Positions 1 through 10,400 of a stretch of 64,000 bases of DNA are shown here, one piece after another; the first letter of the stretch is position 1; every line of letters starts with the position of its first letter. The position numbers were made by a program, and so were the translations under genes. Origin of the DNA: Paecilomyces variotii (lineage: Eukaryota). The notes under the pieces were generated by a model. That model was not told the DNA's origin. It ran no database searches and saw only the letters and a program-made list of their open reading frames with translations. Location of the stretch: assembly GCA_004022145.1 (NCBI GenBank), contig RCNU01000003.1; one strand, written 5' to 3'.

Positions 1-74
1 AAAAAAGAAAAAAGAAATAATCCAAACGGGGTTAATATTTACAACTAACTAACTAACTGGATAAAAATACTTAG

Positions 75-943
75 ATATCAACACCACCAAAGAATCCACC
101 AGACTCTCCACGATATCAACCACAACCAACAACAACATCCCCTCACCTCGGGTGGGATCCGCATCAACCGCCTTGAACGGCAAGGTGTATATCTTCTCAG
201 GCCGTGGCGGAACCGCCATGGCGCCGATAGAAGAAAAAGGCTCATTCTGGGTGTTCAACCCTGAAAACAGCACCTGGGCTCAAGTCGCACCTAGTAGTGA
301 TCAACTCCCCTATCCCGTCGGACGGAGCTACCACGCTCTCGCGAGTGATGGGAAAGAGACGATTTTCCTCCATGCCGGATGTCCCGAGAAGGGGAGACTG
401 AGTGATTTCTGGGCGTTTAATATCTTCACGAGGCAGTGGAGAGAGTTGGCTCCGGCGCCGAAGCCGGAGAGGGGTGGGACGTCGATTACGTATGCGGACG
501 GGAAGGTGTTTCGTATGAATGGATTCGATGGAAATACGGAGCAAGGAGGCGCGGTGGATGTGTTGGATCTGGAGAAGAATGTCTGGGAGACAATTACTTA
601 TCAGCCGGATGGGGTGGAGGGGCCAGGACCGCGGAGTGTGAGTTGTTTGTTGGCGGTTAAGGTTGATGGGAAGTCGAAGCTGGTTACTCTGTTTGGGGAG
701 AGGGATCCGAGTAGTTTGGGTCATCAGGGGGCGGGGAAAATGCTGGCGGATGCGTGGATGTTTGATATTGAGTCGAGGACGTGGATGGAAATCAAGAGTA
801 AGGGCAGCGATGCGCCTGAGGCGCGCGGCTGGTTTGATGCGGATGTGGTTATTGAAGACCCGGCACGGCCCAGTATCGTTGTCCATGGGGGTCTTGCAGA
901 GTCGAATGAACGTCTAGGCGATGTCTGGCGGCTGGATCTGTGA
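75..943 (+). CDS. Kelch-repeat beta-propeller protein, nitrile-specifier-protein-like (5' partial, last exon only)
   Basis: Branch site (ACTAAC) and TAG acceptor at 72-74; the exon reads through ORF 152..943. Kelch motifs PSPRVGSAS, IFSGRGG, GRSYHALAS, HAGCP, NGFDG, GPRSV, PEARGWF, VHGG..NERLGDVW. Start lies upstream of the window. Confidence 0.85.
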
Positions 944-1129
944 TATGAATTCTGTTGGACCGGTTCTGGAGGTCTCGTCCAGGGAATTGGTGGCTTCTTA
1001 AACACATATGGTGCCAGGATTGATATTGACATAACATTAACTCATGAATATTTTACATCGCTAGATATATACAACAGAAGTCTCTTAGAATATCTGGAAC
1101 ATAACGACAGTGTCAAGAAAGAGCAATCG

Positions 1130-3037
1130 TTACGGGAGTGATATTTTCCCAATAAAATCCTTCCCATCCGTGTTATAATACCCGCACACCACCAGATCTA
1201 CCGGCTGATCGATATCTAATAGCTTTAATTTCGACGTATCTTCCGCAACAGCTGGCAAAGCAAACGTGATGACCCGATCTTGCTCCCAATATGCAGCAAT
1301 CTGAGTTATGATCCGCTTGACGAGATGCGTGGGATAGTGCGAGTGCTCGTAGCCTCTCCCTCTGGACTCGAGTCGTGGCCAGAGGACATCCAATATGTAG
1401 TGAAATATCTTGTCGGAACGCCACAGTAGCACAAGTTGCAGGAGCACCTCTGTCAGACTGAGCGTGTACACATCCCATGTGTTTGACATGGTGAAATCGA
1501 GCGTGCCGGCAATTTGGCATATACTATCTGCCAGATTGTCAAGCAGAGTAGTGGAGTGTCCGGATCCTCCAGGGGGGGCTCCATTTGCTTCTTCGAAGGC
1601 AATCTCACAGAGCATGCAATATACAGCATTCATGGCGTCTCTATGAGTCGGAAATCCATGACACATGGACGAAGCATCCTGATTCATTTGACTTGGTGTG
1701 ATACGTAACGTCGGCAGCTGATCCGCATTAAGTCTGGATTTCCACACCTTCAGTCTTTCTTTCTGCACGTCTAACAAGCCGCGTAGGTGAGAGCCTCGTA
1801 CAAATCCCTCTCGTGCTTCTGCAGTCTCGTCCGGAACACTATCTCTTCCTAGTAATTTGTTCAACATCTCATATGCGACGTTGCTAATCTCGCTTGACAG
1901 CTCAGATATCCGACAGCTGCCCGCCACGCAACGGTAGACCACCATCTTTGTTCGAATCTCCATGGTCTTGATAAGAATGTCGTAGATAAGATCATCCACA
2001 TTCATTTCCAGGATGCACTTCATATATAGATGACCATTTGCATCCGGGAGGAGATTCGGCCCAAAAGAGCTGGCTCCTTCTCCTTCAAGAAGCAACGCAG
2101 GTGGCTTTGCTGGTCGATGGGACATGCATAAACGGTACCACAACTGCAACGCATCGGCTCCATCTGGCGAAGCCATTATCTTCGTTCTATTGTGCAGCAC
2201 AAACTGGACAGAATCCCACACTGCCAGTCGAAATCTCAGATGATCTGTCGATGCATGGTGGTAATAAGCTAGGAGAACGCGCGCAGCAACAAATGCAGGC
2301 GCTTCGTGTTCAATCTCGTCAACATTTGCAGCACTGCAATACTGCAGCGCCAGATCGTGATATACTCGCGCATTGCCATGATGCAAGTTATTCACTAATG
2401 GGCTAAAGACAGATCGTCGACGGTCGTTAGCTAGAACGCGGCTCTGAACGCGCGCATCTAACATTGACAGATTCGACGCCGCGATACAGAGTACTGCGAA
2501 CCGCAGACAAGGAAACATGATAAAAGATGCATCCGTAAATCGAAGAGACGCTGCCGGAAGGAGATGGCGTACATGTCTCTGGAAATGGTCAAAGTAGCTA
2601 GCCTCGAGACTGTCCGCAAAACTAACAAGAGTAGGCGGTAATTCTGAATTTCCAAGTTCACTCAGACACTTGAGCATATGAACATTACAGTTTTCACCTG
2701 CAATGTTGTCCAACACATTAGGCTTTGAATTAGCAGTAGCAGATCGCGATGGTGTCGTCTGAGTCATTCTATATTTCTGCAACAATGTTCCGTTGCAATT
2801 CCGAAAAGTAAAATCGACGCCATAACTGCATTCCAGCGATAGTCGCGCACAAGCCTGACAGCAGGGTCTTGTCTCATCGCACTAGATGGAGTTATATATA
2901 AGAATATACCCTCACGCCGATGTAAGAAAATCAGTACTAACTCGCTTGCCTCTTCTGCGACATGGCTTGCAACCCGTATGGTTGCGACGGATTTTGCGCG
3001 CTTTTACATTATTGGCAGATGCAGTCTGCGTTAGCAT
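1130..3037 (-). CDS. Zn(II)2Cys6 fungal transcription factor (~615 aa)
   Basis: Exons 3037-2942 and 2881-1130, intron 2941-2882 (GTTAGT...TAG). Spliced N-terminus RRNHTGCKPCRRRGKR|CDETRPCCQACARLSLECSY gives the six-Cys cluster, followed by a fungal TF middle region (LRFAVLCIAASNL). Confidence 0.9.
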
Positions 3038-3391
3038 ATTTGGTCTGGTGTGTAGTTTAAGAAGATGGAAAAAGCAATTGAAAAAGCAATCGTGGTGAGA
3101 CTCGGGAAGGAAAGAAAAGGAAGATACTCCTACAAGACGCTAGAATCCAGATAGATACTGGGCCAAGCCAGTATAAGCAGGTGATTGGTTGATGAATCTA
3201 AACTAACTAAAGGGCCATAACTTTGGACATGTGATTGGGAGGACAAACAAGTCAAATATGGTGTGGCATTCCGCATGCCTCATATTAGGAGCCATCCCCC
3301 ATTTCTCACCATCTCACATCCACGAACGCCCCCTTTAAATCGTGCTCCTGTATAGAACTCTGCTGAGTGTCACCACAGAATTCATACTGCG

Positions 3392-4169
3392 ATGGAGCTT
3401 CATAATGTCACTCCCTCTGAGGTCAGCTTTGGAAAAAAGCTCTTTGTCTCCAAATTTTCTGCCATATTTCTCGTCACTGTTCGCAAAACAAAATGTGTTA
3501 TGAAAGTGGCAAGTCAGGCGACGATGATGCATTTGTTATCATATAACTAATCTAGTAAGCATCATGGACGAGGACCGCGACGGTATTATGAGCCGGAGGA
3601 CCGTGAATTGGATATTCATATCCTTGAGACTACCGCCTATACCCGTTTGAAAGATCATGGGCTATGCGATCGGGGAATTGTGCCTCGATTTCTTGGTTCC
3701 ATGGAAAAGTTTGATCCGTCGTTCTGTCAGCCTCACTTGAAGATGTTTTTACACGATGAGTACCTTCCTAGTGCCATCTTCTTGGAGTACATACCCAACT
3801 TAGAGATGATCCAGCTGCACAACTATACGCCGCAGCGGATGAATAATCTTCTAAATAGCATCCGGGAAATCCATTCCGCATTAGTGCGACATAAAGATCC
3901 AAAACCTAGGAATATGATGATTATTAAGGATGACCCAGAAAGAGTGGTCTGGATAGATTTCGATCGAGCGGAGACATATAACGAGGATCAAATAACCGAC
4001 AAACAAAAATACCTTCTGGAAAGGGAGGAAGTGATGGTTGTCGAATTCAAGAAATGCATAGTGAGTTCACTTAGTACCTAGAAAATGCTTAGCTTTCTAA
4101 TTCCATTCTCAGGAGGCCGACTATCAGAACGGCAAGCTCAACGAAGCGTATCTCTTTTACTGCACTTGA
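3392..4169 (+). CDS. Small stand-alone protein-kinase-like protein (~224 aa)
   Basis: Exons 3392-3508, 3560-4060 and 4113-4169; first intron GC-AG, second GTGAGT...CAG. Motifs CVMKV (ATP-binding Lys), ETTAYTRL (helix-C Glu), AIFLEYIP, HKDPKPRNMM (catalytic loop), WIDFDRA (DFG-equivalent). Confidence 0.85.
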
Positions 4170-4356
4170 TGCTCTCGATTTTCGAGGCTTAGAAACCCCA
4201 ATGTCGTGTCTTATTCTTTTTCCTTTGCTTTTCTTTCCCTATTCTTTTTCCGGCGATGAAGGGGAGTTTTTGATCTCAGAAGAGGAATACAACTTCAAAA
4301 ATATGTCTTTTTTACCTATTCCGTTGGCCATCGTATAGCTATAGGTATCATACGGG

Positions 4357-4995
4357 ATGATGTAGGAGGGACTGACGCTCACTTTTGGCCCCCTAACTCA
4401 TATTAACTTGAGAGTTCTGGAGCTGTTCGTTACGACCAGAGATATTCTGGGTACGAAAAGCGCTTTTCTCTTGCAGGGATGATTGTTGGCTGCCAATTCC
4501 AGCGGTAACCTTGTGTTAGTGTCGCCAAATAGATAGGCAATCAACGTGGTGTAGCGATACGCTGTTATCCCCGGAGAGACGGCAGAGATAGTGGCATCAG
4601 CAGAGGAGGAGTGACCAATAGCTGAGCCTACACAAGCGCCTATCAACAAAGCTCTAGAGTTGCGACCAGTGCTCTAACTCCAGTAATAGCACCAGAAGGA
4701 TATATGATACCTCCCTGTCACAGATATTGTAACTCGTCTATATGTGACTGGATCAGAGCTATCCATCATCCTAGGCGAGACGCGGCGCTTAGTATCATGC
4801 GTTATCTTATAAGAATTGTCTCCGGCGCTACCATTCTCTTCCAATAGGAGCTCCGGGATGATACCATACCTGGTACCGTAAGCTGCCTAAGATGCACATC
4901 GACTAGCCAATATTCAGAGAGTGGTTGCTGAAGCATCAACGAACCTAAGACGCAGAGTGCCGCCTTGTATTGTAAGGATCCTTGCTCATTGTTAG
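4357..4995 (+). pseudogene. Possible heavily decayed coding remnant between the kinase and nuclease genes
   Basis: A frame from ATG 4357 reads protein-like (e.g. LELRPVL*LQ**HQKD) if stops are read as C>T-mutated CAA/CAG/CGA, and the DNA is TA-rich. The stop count is close to random expectation, so support is weak. Confidence 0.25.
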
Positions 4996-5697
4996 CTTTC
5001 CTGCAGATTCAGAGCATATGTTCCAGTCATTGTATTGTTTTTTCTTTTTTTTTGCTCGTTTCACACCTGCAAGGGTGGTAGAACGTGCCCAGTTAAAGGT
5101 CTTGATTAAGCGCTATCAAATTGATACGGAACTCGCCATGGCCATACCATGGTGGGGGAGCAAGGTACGAGGTCGGCGGGGCAGTACTAAGTATACCGCC
5201 TTAGGACTATTTAGTATTAGCACCCCTTCTACCTAAGAGGGAGAATCCAAGCTTCTTACCTCCTCCTAGTCGTACCATATCACAAATACCGGCGTATATA
5301 TCCCCACATAAGGCAATGACATTATATCGCCAATCATTCAACCACATATCGTCGTCTCTGACTATACGGGCGCCGAAGACTAAATTAGGACCGTGCATGT
5401 ACCAATGAGATTAACATGCTATATTTACAAGCACAAGGCTGAAGCAGAGCTGAGTTTCCAGCGTTTCGCCTTTGTTGCGAACCAATCAATCACACAATAT
5501 TATGCGCCGTCGCGAAGTCAAAGCTCGCGATCGTGCCTTGAGACCTTTCTCGATAGATGGGCTTCCCATCTCTATATAAAGATGCCGTTTATAGTTACCA
5601 GCTGTCCAAGGAACGAGATTCTCTTTTGAGAAACCATCTTCTTCTTTCTTTTCGACTGCAAACTCGAAGGTTTTGGACCGCGACACTTCACATCGAT

Positions 5698-6492
5698 ATG
5701 GCAAACAATACCGTTTCTCTCATGGTCTATTTACAACATGCCCTACCAGCAATCCCAATAAACCCGCCACCACACCCGGGACGCAATACCACAAACACTG
5801 CAGATGAAGCAGATGACATCAGTGGAATTGCAGTCTGGCATGGATTCAACCTGCAGACTATCATTCATCGATACGGAAACATTCTTGGACAAACACACCT
5901 ACCGCCAGATCCTATGCCGACTTCACCTCCTCGTGCTATTACAGCAGGGAATGCCCTCAGAAGCAAGATCTACGAATATGTCTTTCCCAGAGTACGGCGG
6001 GGTCTGCGAGCTGCTTTCAATACCTTGACTGCAACCAATCAGATGAATGGGCTGACAAGCGTGTCAATTGATGTCGGAGAGGCTGCAAAGATTATTGAAA
6101 ATTATAAGCCTGATACTGCCTATTTTGCATTAGCACTCCCTGCTGGCACGAGTTGGAACCGCGCCCCTGGTGATATAAAACCCTCATGGAAATGGAGTAC
6201 AGCTTTAGCCAACCATCCGATGGATACTTATCGCGCAGAATTTCGTCAGGCACTCAGTCAAGTCAATTGGTATATGAGACAACATCATTCACGATATGGA
6301 TTCATTCTTACCAACCAGGAATTGGTTGTTATACGACGGTTGGATAACCATGGTAATCTGGAGCTTGCACCTCCAATTCCATTCACTGCGGGGGGAACCG
6401 TTGCGCAACCACGGATGACTGTCCTATTGGCATTATGGTACCTCGGAATGCTTGCTGCACAGGACCAAGGAGTTGACCGCTGGGATATGTGA
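5698..6492 (+). CDS. Fungal hypothetical protein with PD-(D/E)xK restriction-endonuclease-like motifs (264 aa, intronless)
   Basis: First ATG 5698 within ORF 5557..6492. Motifs YKPDTAYF...GDIKPSWKW...FRQALSQVNWYM...RYGFILTNQELVVIRR match the PD...(D/E)xK...QxxxY pattern of fungal REase-fold domains. Confidence 0.75.
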   Translation: MANNTVSLMVYLQHALPAIPINPPPHPGRNTTNTADEADDISGIAVWHGFNLQTIIHRYGNILGQTHLPPDPMPTSPPRAITAGNALRSKIYEYVFPRVRRGLRAAFNTLTATNQMNGLTSVSIDVGEAAKIIENYKPDTAYFALALPAGTSWNRAPGDIKPSWKWSTALANHPMDTYRAEFRQALSQVNWYMRQHHSRYGFILTNQELVVIRRLDNHGNLELAPPIPFTAGGTVAQPRMTVLLALWYLGMLAAQDQGVDRWDM

Positions 6493-6989
6493 TGTAAACG
6501 CAGGGATACTGTACTCCAGCTCATTTCACGACTAGATTTCCTTCTTCAGGGATTGTAATATTCTATTCTATTTGAAACTCTCCATGGATTTCATGGATTT
6601 TACATATAGTTCTCAGAAGATTCTGAACAGACAGAAACGATCCCTATAACCACCACTTCTGTTAATGCGCTCAAAGGAACAGACAATGGATCTTGTTTAA
6701 GCCCAAGGCAGCCACTATTAGGTAATAATGTAAGCAGACTGCTTCCCGAGTAGATAGATAGATACAGATGCAATTCAGTTATGCAGACCTGTGGACCGGA
6801 GTGCAAATATCAAATTAACTTTGGAAGACTGGGGTAGAGTCTGCGCAATGTCTTCAGAGGGCATTGGTTACTTATAGTGCTTAGTCCGTACGCACAATGC
6901 TGCAAATAAAGTGCCTTGGCACCGTTGTGCTTGGTACCCATAACAAGAAGACGGAGAAATAGAATTGCAGGTTTCTTTGATTATCTCCT

Positions 6990-7135
6990 CTATAGGATAA
7001 AATTATATTTATTACTTTGCTGAATATAAAAGTTTTAGAATTTAAATTTTGACTCCTACTAGTATATAATATAATTCTAGTATTAATATAATGATATATT
7101 AGTAGATTAGGAACATCCTTTTTTTATCCTAAGTT
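6990..7135. other. Very AT/TA-rich tract (RIP-like relic) at the right edge of the kinase/nuclease patch
   Basis: Sequence such as ataaattatatttattac...ctagtatataatataattctagtattaatataatgatatattagtag, much more AT-rich than the flanking genes. Confidence 0.45.
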
Positions 7136-7469
7136 TATACTCAAGGAGGCATCATATTTTGTAAATGTGTATACTTCAACTAAGATACGTACGATGGATT
7201 GCACAGAAGATGAACTGCGAAGAGACTCATGACATTACATCCTACTTCGAACGTCCTAGTCATATACATCAGAGGCGAATGAAACTCGTGCATAAATCAG
7301 AAGCGTCGTCAAAATGTAAAGGAAAACGCCAGAGAAAACAGGGAACCACGCGTAATATAGGGAGCACGAATCTCCCATGCAAAAAGACATTTCAACACAA
7401 GGGATAAAAAAGCGATCGCCCAACTATGCGGGTATCAAGAGACGCATCGTGTACTGTCTGTCAAAGCCT

Positions 7470-10400
7470 CTATGCGGAGCCCAGGTACTTGAGCACAGAT
7501 TCCCTCTCCTCCACGGGAAGCATGCTCAGCACTTGCTGGACACCACGCAGACCGCCGTCCTTGTTGCCCATGAGCAGCTGGGCAACGTCATACGCGACAT
7601 TCTCAGACTTGAGAGATTCGATCTTGGCCTGGACCAACTTCTTGTTGTCTTCATACCACTGCGCAACCTGGCGATCGTTGCGGTCGAACTCACTGTCGAG
7701 AAGGCCGGTCCAAGACTTCAGAGTACGAAGGTGGGTTTCGCGAGCGGAGCCACTGTTGTTCTGGGTAGGAGCAACAGAAGCATCGGCGGGGAGCGCGCCG
7801 CTGGTCTGGGGGACAGCAGAGGGTGCGGCAGCGATCATGCGCTTGAGAATCAACTCCTCACTGAGACGGCGGCGAAGACGCCAGTAGAAGAAGCGTCTAG
7901 CCTCCTTCCAGCGCAGAGCCTGTCGGATAGTGCCCTTGGCCTCCATACGGCCGGCACGGTCGTGGAGATCGGCGAATTGCAGGGCAATCTGCTGGTAGAC
8001 TGGTAGGAGCTGCTCCTCACGCTCTGCCATCTTGGCCTTAATCTCCGACAGCTGCTCCTTGCTGAGCGACGTGTCTTGGAGAGACCTGCGAAGCTCGCCA
8101 TAAGTCGGGTCCAGGCGGGCCATGGTGTCGAGCTGCTTCTCGCGACGGTACTTGATTCCGACGATACCTTCGGGCTCGAGAACACCACCACGAGACTCCT
8201 CATCCGCATACATCTCCATCAGGTCAGGGTTGATGGTGGGATCGATGACGACCCACGAACCACCTCGGAGTTCACCAAACGGCGGGATGTAGACGAAGAT
8301 AGGCTGTTCGTACTTGACGAGGGCATCGACAATGTAGGAACCGTACTTTAGAACCTCGTTGTACATGTCACGCTGACCTCCAGAGAAACCTCTCCAGTTA
8401 GCCAAGATCATGACTGGCAGTTGCTCTCCGTGGTTGAAGTCCTTAAGAGCCTGGGCGGTCTTGAAGGCGGAGTTGGGGTACCAGACTCCACCAGCCTCAG
8501 TGCTCACCATCTCAGTCGAATCGGGGTTGGCAGGGTCGGCAGGAGTCACATTGTCAACAGAGCGAGTCTCAACTGCAATGACACCCATGGGGATACCACC
8601 GAGTCTGGCGCGCCCAACAACAACGGTTCTAGCCCATCCACCGAGAGCCTCCTCGAAAGAGTCCTTGTCGAACAGACCGGGCAGGAAGGCATCCTCCTCC
8701 TGCTTACCAGCAATGAGCCATCGCACATCGTAGGGCTGCTTGGTGGAGGGGGGATAGTAGAGGATGTCACGATCCCAGGGGTCAGACCAGGGACGGATAG
8801 GAACAGGGGCATCCTTCTTGTCCGGAACGTAGGACAGCCACTCGACAATCTTCTGAACACCCTCGAAGTCGTCATTGGCAGTCATGTGGGACACACCATT
8901 CTTGTACATGATCTGCGTGCCACCCAGTTGGAGGTTGGAGGTGTAGACTTCACGGCCAAGGAGCTTGTTGATGGCAGGTGCACCAGTCAGGATGATGGGC
9001 TGGCCTTCGACCTGAATGGCTCTCTGTCCGAGACGAACCAGGTAGGCACCAATACCGACGGAACGGCACGTCACCAGGGTGATGGTGAAGATGTCTTCGT
9101 AGGCTCTGGAGGTGGCACCGGCAATGAGACCGGATCCCCTCAGACACTCAACACCCAGGCCATCCTTGGCACCGATAACGGTGGTGATCTTGTACCTGTC
9201 CTCGCCATCCTCGTGGACCAATTCGGTAATGACTTCCTTGTTCTTGCTGGCGTCGAATCTCTGCTTGACCTCTGGCGTCAGGTAGAGGTACTTGAATCCG
9301 GCCTCTGGATGCTCGGGGTCGTTCCAGGCGACGGAGAAGTGGGGGATCAATTCATCCGCCATTCCAATACGAGCGCCGGAGTTAGCGGACAGGTAAATGC
9401 GAGGAATACCCAGCTTACGGGCCAGCTCGGTGCATTTGTGGAAGAACTTGTCCTCCAGCGGGCCGAAGGAACCGATCTGGTAGGTGATATCGTTGGCAAC
9501 AATGATGAACCGTCTACCTTGGGGGTATTCGGGGGTACGAGCGGTGACGATCCAGCCGACCATACCGTGAGTGTTGGTACCCGCCTCTCTCGAGACCTCC
9601 ACCAGGTTGTCCCTGTCATCGAGCACCAGTTCAGAGTAGTCGATGCACTCACCCACAGGCGGACGCTTGTCGGACAAGGAGGGAATCTTCGAGATGGCCC
9701 GGGTCCAGCTGTTCTGGACAGCCTGTCTGAACAGCTCCGGGAAATCGTAGACGTACTGGGTACCCATCAAATGAGCCTTGTACCGCTTCGGCTGAAGCCA
9801 CTCCTTGGTCGGGTACGGGGTTGACACGGGGCGCAGGTGCATGGAGCCAATCTTGTTGGTGCCACCAATGCTGTGGAAGACCCATTCGCCCTTCTCCGAC
9901 TTCCTCTCAACGTAGAGTTCCACCTGAATGATATATCCATAGGTGTTTGTGATGATGACACGGAGAGGGTAGGCCATTCCAGTTGCAGGGTCAGTGCAGA
10001 GAATACGGATCTCTGCACCAGTGACGCGCAGGCGCCACAGACGGCGTCCGAAACGATCCAAGAAGCCGGCCAGGGCCTCCTCCACATCGTTGGGCTCCAG
10101 GTTGAAGACCGGAGAGAAGTTAATGAAGATGTGGTTGAGGTCGGAGTTGTTGTTGCCAATGATCTCCAAAGCATCCAGGATATCGTTCATCAACCGGTCT
10201 GCCTCTGAGATCAGGTATTCCGCAGTAGGGATGTCGTCCCGCAGGCGTCCAGGACGCACCACAGCACGAGTGAAGTAGCGCTTGTCCACAGCCTTGTCGT
10301 TCTCGGGGCCCTTGCCGATGGCTTCGTAGACGTGGATGTTCCGGTTCTCCGTGAAGACCGGCTTGATGCGGAACTTGGAAAGACGGCCCAGTTCAAGCTG

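Noticed and set aside
6895..6935. CAATGCTGCAAATAAAGTGCC, loosely reminiscent of a Tc1/mariner terminal repeat
   Set aside because: No matching inverted copy, TA target-site duplication or transposase remnant found in the window.
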